Shown: piece by piece, positions 30,264-40,661 of the stretch
How the letters are laid out: every line of letters starts with the position of its first letter
How positions within the stretch are numbered: the stretch's first letter is position 1
IMG/VR virus record: IMGVR_UViG_2889049205_000001
Location: 32,001-96,000 of that record
Strand: one strand, 5' to 3'
DNA: 64,000 nt
From: a virus
Taxonomy: Duplodnaviria > Caudoviricetes
The notes under the pieces: model-generated
Databases searched by the model: none
What the model saw: the letters and a program-made list of their open reading frames with translations, nothing else
Told to the model about the DNA's origin: nothing
Translations under genes and position numbers: made by a program

Positions 30264-30758
30264 TTATAATTTAATTGGAGCCGCCTGCGCCACGAATCCG
30301 GATTTATCCATGATCATTTCGGCGAGCAAGCTTGGAATGCCGGCTTTGTCATTGCGCATCTTTTCACGAGAATAGTTTCTCGGGAAGAGAACGCATTTCT
30401 CCGTGTAGATTTCCTCACGGTCAAGCTGCGTTAAGGTGCGGTCAGCAATACATTCCTTGTATTCCGGACGTTCCAGTGTACGCCAGACGAAGACCTCATC
30501 ATCAAATGGTGTGAAATAAACACCACGATATTTCTCTTTCCATTGCTCCACTTCAAGTCGTGTCGGACCTTCTGGGAAGATTTCTGTTTCCAGTTCTTCC
30601 TGCGTGTACCCGTAGGCCACTACAATACGTTCGGCTTCCTGCTCATCCCCGGACGGCCCTGCTGCCGGTGCCTTATCCCCGCTCATGATCCCGTCTTCAC
30701 CTTCGGTGCGAGCACCATCGAAGAGGTCCGGTTGCTTTGGTCCCTGATTATCATTCAT
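30264..30758 (-). CDS. Tail assembly chaperone-like protein
   Basis: WKEKYRGVY...FVWRTLERPEY. Lies between the tube genes and the tape-measure-position gene; start MNDNQ behind AGGGGG. Confidence 0.6.
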   Translation of the reverse strand: MNDNQGPKQPDLFDGARTEGEDGIMSGDKAPAAGPSGDEQEAERIVVAYGYTQEELETEIFPEGPTRLEVEQWKEKYRGVYFTPFDDEVFVWRTLERPEYKECIADRTLTQLDREEIYTEKCVLFPRNYSREKMRNDKAGIPSLLAEMIMDKSGFVAQAAPIKL

Positions 30759-30774
30759 TGCTTTTATCCCCCTA

Positions 30775-30790
30775 ACGTAATGCATTACAC
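30775..30790. promoter_or_regulatory. Palindromic operator-like site (core GTAATGCATTAC)
   Basis: ACGTAATGCATTACAC, between a minus-strand TATAAT (30798-30803) and the RBS. Confidence 0.6.
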
Positions 30791-30798
30791 TATAACAA

Positions 30799-31575
30799 TT
30801 ATATACGCTTTTGATTCATATATAAAGGGCCATTTAAGTCTCTAGCTATGAAACTGTATGTTTCCGTAATTGGTGCACCATCCGAACTCGTTCCGATGCC
30901 GTCTTTTCTCATACTTGTCAATTGAACGCCGTTGATGGTTTCTACCGTCAACATGGGCGCCTTTGCATTGGCGTAGCTGGATGTTGAGTAATTCTTAATC
31001 TGTGGTGACATGGATTCCGATACTGCCCCATAGTTGATTTTGATGTCGAAGCCGTATTGGGTCTGCGGAAAATACGGTCGATTACCATAAGAGAGAATTG
31101 AATTTGTATCGTCTGTCACGCCCCAGAGCGCCTTTTCATATTCGTCGGCGATTTGATCGAAGCCACTCTTTCCAGCCATCTTGAGAATATCGTCCAGCTT
31201 GTAATTTTTGAAATCGTCGGGCGTGACAAGCCCGCTTTGCTGTGCTTCTGATACTGCCATTTCAATGGCGTTGGCATTTTGCAGCACGGTCATCAAGTAG
31301 CCCACAGACTTGAAGTTGATCGTGAACATACCATTAATCATTCGCTGCCCTCTGGCGACTGCATCGAAGGTGAATGAGTTATAACCGTAGATTGGCATCA
31401 CTCGCTCCTCGAGCTGAAACGCAACAGCCACGGCCTCATCTACCCAGATGTTTCCGAAATACAGATGCACATCTGCGCCGGAGAAGTAGTCTTCGTTGAA
31501 GATTTGATACTCTACCCTGCCGTTTGGCCGGACATACGGGTTTCCTTGTGGAGCGGGTGCTCTGTACATCATCAT
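30799..31575 (-). CDS. Tail tube-like protein (initiator paralogue)
   Basis: YFSGAD...P.YG......ARG.R.I.G...F.ARD, shared with 32147-32872. Confidence 0.65.
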   Translation of the reverse strand: MMMYRAPAPQGNPYVRPNGRVEYQIFNEDYFSGADVHLYFGNIWVDEAVAVAFQLEERVMPIYGYNSFTFDAVARGQRMINGMFTINFKSVGYLMTVLQNANAIEMAVSEAQQSGLVTPDDFKNYKLDDILKMAGKSGFDQIADEYEKALWGVTDDTNSILSYGNRPYFPQTQYGFDIKINYGAVSESMSPQIKNYSTSSYANAKAPMLTVETINGVQLTSMRKDGIGTSSDGAPITETYSFIARDLNGPLYMNQKRI

Positions 31576-32087
31576 CAGCCTCCTAGCCGTTTTACTTTTG
31601 AAAGTGGATCGATATCGAGTGCATAGAACTCATAGACGTTTTCAGTAAACATATTGTTGACACCCATGACTTTGCCCTCTGTGAAGGTCGTAATGCCATA
31701 GATCGTCATGACGCTCTTGCTGCCAAACTCGTTGGCCATAGAGATTGTCACGTCGAACATTGGCATTTCATCCATCAGCACCTTGTATCCTTGCTCCCTG
31801 ATCTCTTCCAGACATCGGTAGACAATCGTCTCGTCGAAGTCGGTAAACTGCAATATGCCGGTCACGGTACGCATCCCTCTGGTAAAGCCTTTTGGTGTCA
31901 CCCGGCCCAGTGCAAGAACTGGAAACTTGGCTCGATAAATCGAGTAGGATATTTGCGACAGGTTTCCGAAGACAATTGGGCCTTTTCCTGGAATATTCAG
32001 TGTAGCAACCATGTCGGTGCCGGCGTATGTCGTGAATGTCCTCTGCATACCATCAACGTCAGTTGGTCGTCTTTGCATTCCTCTCAC
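31575..32087 (-). CDS. Tail tube-like protein (initiator paralogue)
   Basis: YAGTD...G.L..I.YS..R...P...G......RG.R.V.G.L.F..FD, shared with the tube protein. Confidence 0.65.
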   Translation of the reverse strand: MRGMQRRPTDVDGMQRTFTTYAGTDMVATLNIPGKGPIVFGNLSQISYSIYRAKFPVLALGRVTPKGFTRGMRTVTGILQFTDFDETIVYRCLEEIREQGYKVLMDEMPMFDVTISMANEFGSKSVMTIYGITTFTEGKVMGVNNMFTENVYEFYALDIDPLSKVKRLGG

Positions 32088-32104
32088 CCTTTCATTGGTT
32101 ATGT

Positions 32105-32132
32105 AAAAAGGGAGCAGCGAACGCTGCCCCCT
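32105..32132 (-). terminator. Intrinsic terminator after tail tube gene
   Basis: Minus strand AAGGGGCAGCG-TT-CGCTGCTCCC followed by TTTTT. Confidence 0.75.
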
Positions 32133-32146
32133 TCCCTGCTGCCATC

Positions 32147-32872
32147 TTATACGATTTGATAAGATTCGCCGGCAGCCGTGTTGGCGCTGGATTGACCCGA
32201 CGTGCGAAGATTCGCCTTACGTTCAACGCCTTTGATTTTCCGTGCGACGAAAGTGTACGCCGTGGCCGCAACCACATCATCCACCGAGAAGCCGGATCCG
32301 GAATTCAGAATCTGGATTCCGTAGAGCTCCATGCCCATCCGTTGGCCAAATTCATTGGCGCCCGTGATGGCGATGTTGAACGGCATCAGCTGGTCGGCGT
32401 ATTCAGGTGTATAGAATCCGGTCAAGCCGTCTGCGCTGTACCCCTGCTGACCCGATACTGCGCCGTAGCCCAGCTTGGTCATTTGCTCGTCCCACGTCTC
32501 AATGCCGTATCCGCCCGTGCTCTTTGCGGCTTGAAGGCCGCTCAGGATTTGATTCTCTTGAGCGCCGACGTTCCACTGGTATTGCTGGAATGTCATGAGG
32601 TCCGGTGCGCCCTCGTAGGACTTCTTCATTTCTTCCATGAGCGCATCACGGTCGAACATCGTGAAGATCAAGCTGCCGCTGATGCCACGCTTGCCTCTGG
32701 AGAACGAACGTGGATCTGGAGAGCCCATGGTGTAGATCGGCGCTACTTCACGAACCACGGAGTACGTGATCGCTTGAAGCTCACCGATAAGGCGCCCGTT
32801 GAATGTTGCAACGATGTCAGCACCGCTGAAGGAGCTGAACGTCCGGGTATATTGCTCTTGATCGAAAGACAT
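32147..32872 (-). CDS. Major tail tube protein
   Basis: Directly after the sheath gene, biased codon usage, followed by a terminator; FSGADIVATF...RGKRGISGSL. Confidence 0.75.
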   Translation of the reverse strand: MSFDQEQYTRTFSSFSGADIVATFNGRLIGELQAITYSVVREVAPIYTMGSPDPRSFSRGKRGISGSLIFTMFDRDALMEEMKKSYEGAPDLMTFQQYQWNVGAQENQILSGLQAAKSTGGYGIETWDEQMTKLGYGAVSGQQGYSADGLTGFYTPEYADQLMPFNIAITGANEFGQRMGMELYGIQILNSGSGFSVDDVVAATAYTFVARKIKGVERKANLRTSGQSSANTAAGESYQIV

Positions 32873-32938
32873 GATCTTTCACTCCTTTTTATGTGAACAG
32901 AGGGGCTCTCGCCCCGCCGCCCTTATTGATGGATTGCA

Positions 32939-35707
32939 TTACGCTGCACGAAGTACCACGCTTGTGTTGAAGCGGCGAACCTCGAATTGCGGAACCAGTT
33001 CAAGAGTAATGAAAGCATTACCCAGGACTTTATCCTGCACGGAGCTGAAGATGGTGAACTTGAAGCGTTGGAGCACGCCAAGCTCCTTCATCTTGTCCAG
33101 GCCGGCTTGGATCTCGGCCGACAGTGCATTGCGCTGCGCCAGACCGTTTGGCAGGCCGATGAACGGGTTGGCTTTGCGACGAACCAGCTGCACCGCCGTG
33201 TGGACGATACGAACCGTGGACAAACGAGTGTAGTCGGAGAATGGAAGTGCAGCTGTTACGCCGTCTTTCACCACGTACTTCACGATGTTTGCTTGGTTAA
33301 TTTGATCGGCGAAGGTTACGAATCGACCATCGGACAGCTGGTTGTGCTGTGCATCAGAGAGCTTGTACCGCAAGCCTTTAACAACCTCGAGCGTGCGGTT
33401 CGTTGTCGAAACCTCTGGGTTCAGCGTGGAGATCAGAGCTGCGTAAGTGGCTGCGCCGCTTGTCACGTAATTTCCGATCTTGTCACTGGAGAGGCCGATT
33501 TCCGGGCCGAACACGATGTTCACGTAGCGGCCGATGTCGATGCGGTCGCCTTCATCGTTCAGAACATATTCGTGCGTCGCTTCCGTGTACACGTAATGTT
33601 CATTCACGTAATCCGTGCGGATACCGTTACGCTCGTAGAGCGCACGCTTGTCGGCGTTGATGTCGCCATCGAGGAATCCTGGCTTGGTCAGCATGTCGAT
33701 GTACTCTTGTACGTCCAGCAGAGATGCGCTCAGTGCCGGCGCTACACCAATCGTGCCGATGGTCTCCCAGGTCTTCGCCGTTGCCGTTGCGCAGTGCAGT
33801 GCAAGTTGGTTGGCGAAACTTTTCTCTGGAACTAGCGGATCGATCAGCGTGTTGGCATGCACATCGAGCAGCACGATCTCGTCAACCACATAGTTTTCGA
33901 GTTTGCCATATACGCCCAGCTGGATGAGCTTGTAATCGTCGCCAACGAAGTCATACTTGCCGCCGAGTGTTTCATATAGCTCTTGCATTTGCGTCGGGCT
34001 GGTGACGTCGAACACACCGTCGGATCCGAGCCAAGGGTAGCGATTCGGAGAATCCATTGGTTCATTCAAATCTTCCTTCAGCGTGCCGGGAGCTTGTTCG
34101 CCGAGGAACGTTTTTCCCGTCACTTCCAGCCCTTGAATCGGTACGCTGCCGTACTCGTTCGCAGCTGCCAGGTAGACAACGTTGTTCTGCGAGTCGTTAT
34201 TGACGTAGTTCACGAACTGGCGGATCGTTTTGATTTGTGCCAGTTTCTTGGTGCGGTATACAAGAACCGTGTCACGGTACGATAGGCGCTTCTCTTCCGG
34301 CTTGTAAAAAGAGATGATCTTTTCGTAGCCCGTTGGATCTTCCGGATCTGTTGTCACTTCGACGGCTACCCCATGAAGGGTTTCAAGATCGTAGATATCC
34401 GTGAGGCCACCGTACACCGAGCCGGCGTATTTACCGAACACTTCCACCTTCGGGTCTTGAACCGTCGATGCGGAAGTCTTATAAGAGGCAATCAATTGAG
34501 CGCCAACCGGCGCTGCCCCGGCCGTAACCGTCACCGTTTTGTCGGCAATGCTCACACCGTAGTCGGTACCTTCCGAAAGCTCCACACGAGTGTTTCCGCT
34601 CTTGTAGAACACGCCGAAGCCAGTGGCCATTGGTGCGTAGTTCAGGTCATATGTGGCAGCCGTACCTGGGATCGGGCCTTCCGAAGTGCTCGACTGAGCA
34701 AAGGAAGTGAACCAAGCGTATTCGACCGTCACCGTTACGTCCCCCGTAAGAGCCGGATACGTTCCTTTGCCGACCTCGTTGTCATAGGCGGATGTGAAGA
34801 AGATGCCGCCGTCTTTGTAGTCTTGATCCGACCATGCATCTGTCAGCGGGTTAGCCGTTTGGCCTTTACCCACACGGTAGATGTAGTCGCCAGTCGGCGT
34901 TGTCGAGGAGATCGTGAACACTTCGCTAGTAGCGTTGTCTTTCACGACAACGACTGGGATGTGTCCGGACTCCAGTCGATCAGACCAGTTATTGCGAGCC
35001 GAGTAGAAATGATGGTTGTTCGCCGTATCTTTCGACAGGGTGTAATCCGGGTCGTTGTAGTTTGGCACGCCGCCTTCGAGCTTCGGAACCATCGTATAGT
35101 TGCGAGTCTCGTAATCGAAGGAGAGCCTTACGGTTGTGCCAGGGCGCATTTTGTTGCCGAAGAAGAATGCTTTTTCGGCTCCCGTGGCCGGATCGATATA
35201 GTCAAGGACGTTTCCGATGGTCATGTTGACCGCAGTTCCGTCTTTCTGAATGACTTCGACTTTGCTTACGCCAACGAATTTGCCGCCGGATGGCACATCC
35301 ACGTCGATGAAGAACGGCTCGTTCCCTCTCGCATCGCCGAGGTATTGCTCCATATTGCGGGCTACGTCTTTCGCTTGCAGAATCGTTTTGGCCTGTTTGC
35401 CGCCAATACGGAGCAAACGAACGTCTTCGTTGCCGGCTTTGATTGCTTCGTACAAGCCACGAAGCAGGCTCGCCTGGACAGGGCGTTTTGTTTTACGGTC
35501 GATCAAACCGCCGAACAATTTGTCAGCCGCTTTGATCCCCAGATCACGAACGCTGACTGGTTCGCCGGATGGACCGTCCACTGCGGTACCAATAAACAAA
35601 ATGGATTGCGTATTGGCCTGCAGGCTTTGGTTGCCAGAGTAAAGGTTGCCGTCTTCATACGTCACCTTGACGCCGGGCAGGTTTTCGTTCTCGTTTGCCA
35701 TTGTCAC
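32939..35707 (-). CDS. Tail sheath protein with inserted surface domains
   Basis: N-terminal LPGV...FIGTA.DGP...PV. C-terminal LSTVRIV...FIG.PN...L......G.L......LVP.FE. Confidence 0.9.
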   Translation of the reverse strand: MTMANENENLPGVKVTYEDGNLYSGNQSLQANTQSILFIGTAVDGPSGEPVSVRDLGIKAADKLFGGLIDRKTKRPVQASLLRGLYEAIKAGNEDVRLLRIGGKQAKTILQAKDVARNMEQYLGDARGNEPFFIDVDVPSGGKFVGVSKVEVIQKDGTAVNMTIGNVLDYIDPATGAEKAFFFGNKMRPGTTVRLSFDYETRNYTMVPKLEGGVPNYNDPDYTLSKDTANNHHFYSARNNWSDRLESGHIPVVVVKDNATSEVFTISSTTPTGDYIYRVGKGQTANPLTDAWSDQDYKDGGIFFTSAYDNEVGKGTYPALTGDVTVTVEYAWFTSFAQSSTSEGPIPGTAATYDLNYAPMATGFGVFYKSGNTRVELSEGTDYGVSIADKTVTVTAGAAPVGAQLIASYKTSASTVQDPKVEVFGKYAGSVYGGLTDIYDLETLHGVAVEVTTDPEDPTGYEKIISFYKPEEKRLSYRDTVLVYRTKKLAQIKTIRQFVNYVNNDSQNNVVYLAAANEYGSVPIQGLEVTGKTFLGEQAPGTLKEDLNEPMDSPNRYPWLGSDGVFDVTSPTQMQELYETLGGKYDFVGDDYKLIQLGVYGKLENYVVDEIVLLDVHANTLIDPLVPEKSFANQLALHCATATAKTWETIGTIGVAPALSASLLDVQEYIDMLTKPGFLDGDINADKRALYERNGIRTDYVNEHYVYTEATHEYVLNDEGDRIDIGRYVNIVFGPEIGLSSDKIGNYVTSGAATYAALISTLNPEVSTTNRTLEVVKGLRYKLSDAQHNQLSDGRFVTFADQINQANIVKYVVKDGVTAALPFSDYTRLSTVRIVHTAVQLVRRKANPFIGLPNGLAQRNALSAEIQAGLDKMKELGVLQRFKFTIFSSVQDKVLGNAFITLELVPQFEVRRFNTSVVLRAA

Positions 35708-36330
35708 TCATCCTCCTTGGATACTTCTTGTGGCTGGACAACTTGGGCCTCAACCATCATCTGTTGAATCTGGTTGAGAAATAAGGGCATGATCTTCTCG
35801 AACCGCATTGTATATTGGATCGGACGGCAGGCAATTGGGAACCTGAAATCCGTGATCACCGTGTCTGGGAGTTGTTGCAAAAATGTAATCTCTTGCACGC
35901 CATTCATTTTGAAGAATCCCTTGTATAACAGAAGGAACTCGTCCAGCTCTTCAATCATTTCGTCGGCTTGTTCGGCCGATGCCGAGTAGACGTTGAATTC
36001 CACGACGACATCAAAGATTTGACCCCGCAGCTCCACCCACTCACCTTCTCGATAGGGGTGTCTGATGGTTGCTCGGTGACGTGGCTTGATGTCCTTAAAG
36101 CTCGTGTTGACTGTTCGGTGGATCTTCCGGTATGAGATCCTCGGAAGAGCCATGTCTTCTTTGATTGGCTCATGCCGTTTGAAGTCTCCCTCTTTGCCGG
36201 CCAGCTGCCACAATCTGCGGAGCTCATCAATGAAACCCATGTAATTCGTTGGCTTATTGGACCGCAGCCGACTGTCAACGTATGGATCCTTTGCGACTTC
36301 CGGATTCATCTCGATAGGCCTCAAATTCAT
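35704..36330 (-). CDS. Tail completion/terminator-like protein
   Basis: Position just before the sheath; V.F.VY.......A.......F pattern. Confidence 0.5.
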   Translation of the reverse strand: MNLRPIEMNPEVAKDPYVDSRLRSNKPTNYMGFIDELRRLWQLAGKEGDFKRHEPIKEDMALPRISYRKIHRTVNTSFKDIKPRHRATIRHPYREGEWVELRGQIFDVVVEFNVYSASAEQADEMIEELDEFLLLYKGFFKMNGVQEITFLQQLPDTVITDFRFPIACRPIQYTMRFEKIMPLFLNQIQQMMVEAQVVQPQEVSKEDE

Positions 36331-37373
36331 ACCCTCACCCTCACCAGCGCACTGGCGTTCATTTTTTGTATCGTAAAAATCGGCACCAATTCGATCGCTG
36401 TATTGATGATCCCGTTGAGCTCGTCGGTGGTCAGTTCGTAGTCGTACCGGCGGAGCTGACCCAGCTTCATTCGGTACATTAGGGCGACTTCGATCTGATC
36501 TTCAAGTTCCGATTTCACGAAGGAAATGCCGACCCGCCCGACGTACTCTTGTTGGATCTGAGCGATTTCCTGAATGACATCCTGGGCAATCCTGAAATTG
36601 GAGATGTTCTTGTGAACACTTCCTTCTGTTGCCACGGCGCATGTTGCAGAGGTGCAGATCGTCCCTTTCTTAAAGCTCTTTCTGAAGCAAACCATTCCTG
36701 CACTGCGCAGTTCGATGATTTGATCATTGGTGAACTCGGCCTTCAGATCCACGTCAGCAAGCGCCTTGTTGATTGGGCTTGCGCCTATCTTCAGGGCTGT
36801 AACCAGGCCCGCATACACGGCGGCAGCTTTTCGATCTTTGATCTGATCGACAACAACCGAGATGTACTTGCCGGTTTCCTCAATGCCGTCTTCTGTGACA
36901 ATGCTGAGCTTCGCAATGCTTACAAAAAGGGATCGGTATGCCTCGAAGCCGGACAAACCTTCAATATCGAAGAATCCATGTATGAGCTGTCCGTGGTACT
37001 CCTTTTGCTTAGCGAAATCGATGAAATCCTGGATCTCGTCAGGCATCTTGTTGAAAGTAAAGCCATCAATATATATGAGATCAAATGGGAATGGCATAAG
37101 GCATCGATATAAGTATTGAAATGCATTACGATCCATCCTCATCAGATACACATCAAAATTGGCGAACGCCGTGGCGTCGTCGCATCGGTCGATCAGCGGC
37201 CCGGATCCAAAAATCATCTTGGCTTGATCAACCGACGTCACTGGCGTGGGCTGATACATCTGCCCTTTTGCTGCTTCTGCAGCAATCACCAGTCGCTTAC
37301 CGAGCGTGATGCCCTCATCCATGAATAGATGAGCGAGCTGCTCGTAGCTAATGTTCGGTGAGGGTTGCATCAT
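36327..37373 (-). CDS. Short tail sheath paralogue
   Basis: A.KG....P..V.....A...FG.G.L at the N-terminus and ISNFRI...YVG...G.L..Y...IELVPIF at the C-terminus mirror the main sheath. Confidence 0.7.
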   Translation of the reverse strand: MMQPSPNISYEQLAHLFMDEGITLGKRLVIAAEAAKGQMYQPTPVTSVDQAKMIFGSGPLIDRCDDATAFANFDVYLMRMDRNAFQYLYRCLMPFPFDLIYIDGFTFNKMPDEIQDFIDFAKQKEYHGQLIHGFFDIEGLSGFEAYRSLFVSIAKLSIVTEDGIEETGKYISVVVDQIKDRKAAAVYAGLVTALKIGASPINKALADVDLKAEFTNDQIIELRSAGMVCFRKSFKKGTICTSATCAVATEGSVHKNISNFRIAQDVIQEIAQIQQEYVGRVGISFVKSELEDQIEVALMYRMKLGQLRRYDYELTTDELNGIINTAIELVPIFTIQKMNASALVRVRV

Positions 37374-37830
37374 CGTTGTCCCCCTTCCAATCAAGCCGTA
37401 CATAGACTTGCCAGAACTCTATTCTTCCCGTGTCGCCACGGAGCGGGTCCGGCACACTAACGTAGAGCTTTTCGGTAATGGTCGCTGGCTTCTCGCCATC
37501 CCATTCCACTTCCAAGATCAAGTCTCCCGGCTGCGGCGCTACGTCGTGCTCCATGTAATACTTGTAGGTCGTGGCGGCAATATTCCCGAGCGGTGAAACT
37601 CGTCTGGCGCCCGGCAAAGTTTCAGGCACTACGCTGACTTTTCGCCGGGTCAGGCAGCTTCGGATGGACACCTTGTAGGTGGTGCCGAAACATTTCGGGC
37701 AATCCGCCATAGGCTCCCCGCTGCGCTCCGAATAGCAATCGCACCGGAACCGCTTGTCTTGCCGCACATAGACAACCTTGTGGCCGTACTTCTCCAGGAT
37801 GTCTTTGATGTCGGCCCGAAGATCACGCAT
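37348..37830 (-). CDS. Head closure/neck protein with CxC...CxxC motif
   Basis: RCDC...CPKCFG; P.PGD.I; RGD.GRIEF. Confidence 0.55.
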   Translation of the reverse strand: MRDLRADIKDILEKYGHKVVYVRQDKRFRCDCYSERSGEPMADCPKCFGTTYKVSIRSCLTRRKVSVVPETLPGARRVSPLGNIAATTYKYYMEHDVAPQPGDLILEVEWDGEKPATITEKLYVSVPDPLRGDTGRIEFWQVYVRLDWKGDNDDATLTEH

Positions 37831-38603
37831 TATTCAAACGCTCGACTTTCGGGGCTTCCAGCTGCGGTGCGGAAGTTGGCGGAAACAGGTGCTGCATACC
37901 CTCTGCGATTACGGCCAAGCATCGCATCTTGCCAGAACTTGAGCTCACCGGAAAGATCAGATAATGCGTCTTCCACCATTGTGAGCGGGTCAGAATTGCC
38001 GGAACCGCCGCCGGTACCCGACCCTGAGCTTGCGCTCTCTTGAACCGTCAAATCGCCGAGCGTAACCATTCCAGACGTCGAGGCAGTTGATGTTGGACCT
38101 CCCGTAGATGCATCGCTGTTTAGAATCCGCATCAGGAGCGAGGAGAGCAATGCTCTCGCTGCTTCATAAGCCACGTATTTTTGAGTCGGGAAGTAGGCGT
38201 TGTCCCGCTCCTCCAGTGCTTTATATCGTGAATTATTTACGTCCACGATTAGTCCCTGGAGCTGGTGTGCCTTCTGTCCGGCATTTCGAAGCGCCACGTA
38301 GATTTCCGACAGCTCAAAGCTTGTGTACAGCTTCTTGACTACGCTGCGAACTTCGAGTGGACCTGCGTAGAGCGGCCCATATTCGGTCGTAAAAGCAATC
38401 GCCATGGTTTCTTCAAGCAAATTTCCGGACACCGACTTGATCCCCTTATCAAGCACCAGCGTATAGCTGTGATTGAGTTTCAGCGGCTCGGTAATTTTCA
38501 AGATCACTCGACGTGGATTGTCGGGATCAATCGTTGGAACACCAATGCCGGTCTTCATTCCGAACTCTTTGGGCGGGATATATTCTTCATCCAATGGAAT
38601 CAT
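37830..38603 (-). CDS. Head-tail adaptor/neck protein with N-terminal half Ig-like (Big_5) segment
   Basis: L..N.SYTL....GIKS.SGN.L......FTT, then a helical adaptor region and TLGDLTV. Confidence 0.55.
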   Translation of the reverse strand: MIPLDEEYIPPKEFGMKTGIGVPTIDPDNPRRVILKITEPLKLNHSYTLVLDKGIKSVSGNLLEETMAIAFTTEYGPLYAGPLEVRSVVKKLYTSFELSEIYVALRNAGQKAHQLQGLIVDVNNSRYKALEERDNAYFPTQKYVAYEAARALLSSLLMRILNSDASTGGPTSTASTSGMVTLGDLTVQESASSGSGTGGGSGNSDPLTMVEDALSDLSGELKFWQDAMLGRNRRGYAAPVSANFRTAAGSPESRAFE

Positions 38604-38605
38604 CG

Positions 38606-38878
38606 TTACATCACCGTCCTTTCATCGAAACATCCCGAATATGCGTTCATGAAGTCCATTTCACTTCTTCTTGAACTAACCTGAAAATGGGCAGAATTCA
38701 GCCTCAAATCAGCTACTGTAAGTGTAGCATGACCCACCTCAAGAACACCATTTGCATGGAAAAACCCAATCTCTGGCGTAGGTGGAAAATCGGCGCTAAT
38801 TGGGCTGTTTAGCTCATCATATGTCATAAATCCTAATAAAATCTGTTGATTTTGAGTGTATCCTCCCAAGTAGCTCAC
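38606..38878 (-). CDS. Hypothetical protein (AT-rich, possibly internally deleted)
   Basis: 90 aa, GTG start behind AAGGAGG. Confidence 0.5.
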   Translation of the reverse strand: MSYLGGYTQNQQILLGFMTYDELNSPISADFPPTPEIGFFHANGVLEVGHATLTVADLRLNSAHFQVSSRRSEMDFMNAYSGCFDERTVM

Positions 38879-38932
38879 GAAGCATCCTCCTTGCCGTTAT
38901 GTAATGCCCCTCGCCGAGACGAGAGGGTTTAT

Positions 38933-39811
38933 TTAATTCTTTTCATCGACCACGTAGAACATGTCTGGGGTCAGACTCTCTGGATCCACATCATCGCTGA
39001 ACTCGATTACGATTTGCGTGATGCCGGCGACCGGCAAATTCACGCTGCTTGCTGCAGGTGAGGTCTTCTCTACCGAAAATAACAGCCCTTGTGCCTGTGG
39101 CTGGTCGGCGAAGAACTGCTGCAGCGTTTCGATATGAGCCTCATTGGGGTCAAGGATATCGACTGGCGGTGCTTCCGGTTGCGATTGCTCTTCGCCACTG
39201 TACATGAACTGCACGGGTTTGGAGAACGCACTGCGGGCGCCATCACTACGAATGGTCCGGATCCGAGCATAGTGACCACCCTTGGCATAGAGAACATTTG
39301 GAAGGATACTTGTCTCAAAGATCCGCATCCGCTCCGTTGGCCATACGAGGACGTCGAAGGTGTTACTCTTTGAAATCTCGAGCTCGTAGTAGTAGGCGTC
39401 GGCTGCAGCTTCCCAAGAGAACTGTGGCCCTTTCCTGACCTCCGATAGATCCGTTGGCGACAACAACACAGGAGGCTTTATGCCCTTTGCGTCGGCCGTA
39501 TAGAACTCGACGGAATAGGTGTCCGGCATTGCCTTTCCGGTGATATCTTTAACGCCGTCCTTCCCGCCGATGATCTGCACCTGGTAATGCATCAGAGGGC
39601 TCATTGGGATTTTTGGCTGAATGGCAAGCACCCGGCCTTTGTAAATAAAATCGATAGGAAGGTTCTTCTGCTCATCTAGGTTGTACAGAATGACAGCACC
39701 CTCCGCCAATGTGTTCACATTGAGATCGACCATGAAGTAAACGTCGATGCGAGCATCGATCGCAACACCTTCAGCCATATGGTGGGGGTCGGATCGCATT
39801 ACGAAATTCAT
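38933..39811 (-). CDS. Ig-like (Big_5/SbsA-type + FN3-like) virion protein
   Basis: GVKDITG....YS..F.T, P.LLSP...FSW......Y.LEIS, and a C-terminal partial Big_5 domain. Confidence 0.7.
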   Translation of the reverse strand: MNFVMRSDPHHMAEGVAIDARIDVYFMVDLNVNTLAEGAVILYNLDEQKNLPIDFIYKGRVLAIQPKIPMSPLMHYQVQIIGGKDGVKDITGKAMPDTYSVEFYTADAKGIKPPVLLSPTDLSEVRKGPQFSWEAAADAYYYELEISKSNTFDVLVWPTERMRIFETSILPNVLYAKGGHYARIRTIRSDGARSAFSKPVQFMYSGEEQSQPEAPPVDILDPNEAHIETLQQFFADQPQAQGLLFSVEKTSPAASSVNLPVAGITQIVIEFSDDVDPESLTPDMFYVVDEKN

Positions 39812-39813
39812 GT

Positions 39814-40122
39814 CTACCCCTCCGATTGATACTTGTAATTGACCGTTATGACGGCCTTGTCCACTGGCGCCTCGGTAAAGATGAGGTCTTTACCGGACAA
39901 GGTGTAATCTTTATCGAGCCCTTTGATCATATACATGCCGTCCTTGTAGACGGACTCGCTATTTTTCAATGGCTCCTGCGCCAATCGGTATGTTTTGTTG
40001 ACCCCGTCTCTTACGCCAATAGGCACTTCTTGAAATACCGTATTGGAACCAGAGAAGTCGGCCATCAAGCCGATCTTCATCCGGTATAAAGGAAATCTGG
40101 GGTGCTGCTGAACATGTGCCAC
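39814..40122 (-). CDS. Small beta-sandwich virion protein
   Basis: E.P.G..DG.NK...L...P...DYTL.G....F..AP.....V.Y module. Confidence 0.6.
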   Translation of the reverse strand: MAHVQQHPRFPLYRMKIGLMADFSGSNTVFQEVPIGVRDGVNKTYRLAQEPLKNSESVYKDGMYMIKGLDKDYTLSGKDLIFTEAPVDKAVITVNYKYQSEG

Positions 40123-40135
40123 GCCAATCCCCTCC

Positions 40136-40648
40136 TCACTTCCACATTAAGCAGAAATCGTACACGGTCGGCCGAGTTGTCCCTGTGTAGAGGCACTGGA
40201 CCTTCAGCTGTACGAACTTGCTTGCTGTAGTAAGATAAATAGGCTTGTCTGCCTTTACTTCGTTCCATGAACCGCTTGTGGAATGGCGGTAAAAGAACTT
40301 TACGGTCGAGCCGAAATCCGGATCCTCTTCCATGTTGGATTGGATGTACAGCTCGTCCGTGGTTGCCGGCAGTTCCAAGAGGGGCGTGATCCACGAGTCC
40401 TGATTGATCGAGAAGCTCAGCGTGCTCCGGACTGCATTACTCGATGGATCACGATTACTATCATCCGTGAAACCTTCACAGAAATAGTATTTGTATGGCG
40501 ATACCAACAGCAACATGTCATAGCGCTCCAGCGTGGTTTTGAGCTTGATTGCCTCCGAGATGTTGGCCTGCATGGTATTCAAGTGAAAATCATGCAGGAC
40601 TTGACCATCAAGGAATGCGATGCGCTTCATGTAGTTTGGTGTTGCCAT
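40136..40648 (-). CDS. Hypothetical virion structural protein
   Basis: 170 aa within the structural operon. Confidence 0.5.
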   Translation of the reverse strand: MATPNYMKRIAFLDGQVLHDFHLNTMQANISEAIKLKTTLERYDMLLLVSPYKYYFCEGFTDDSNRDPSSNAVRSTLSFSINQDSWITPLLELPATTDELYIQSNMEEDPDFGSTVKFFYRHSTSGSWNEVKADKPIYLTTASKFVQLKVQCLYTGTTRPTVYDFCLMWK

Positions 40649-40661
40649 ATTATCACCGCCC

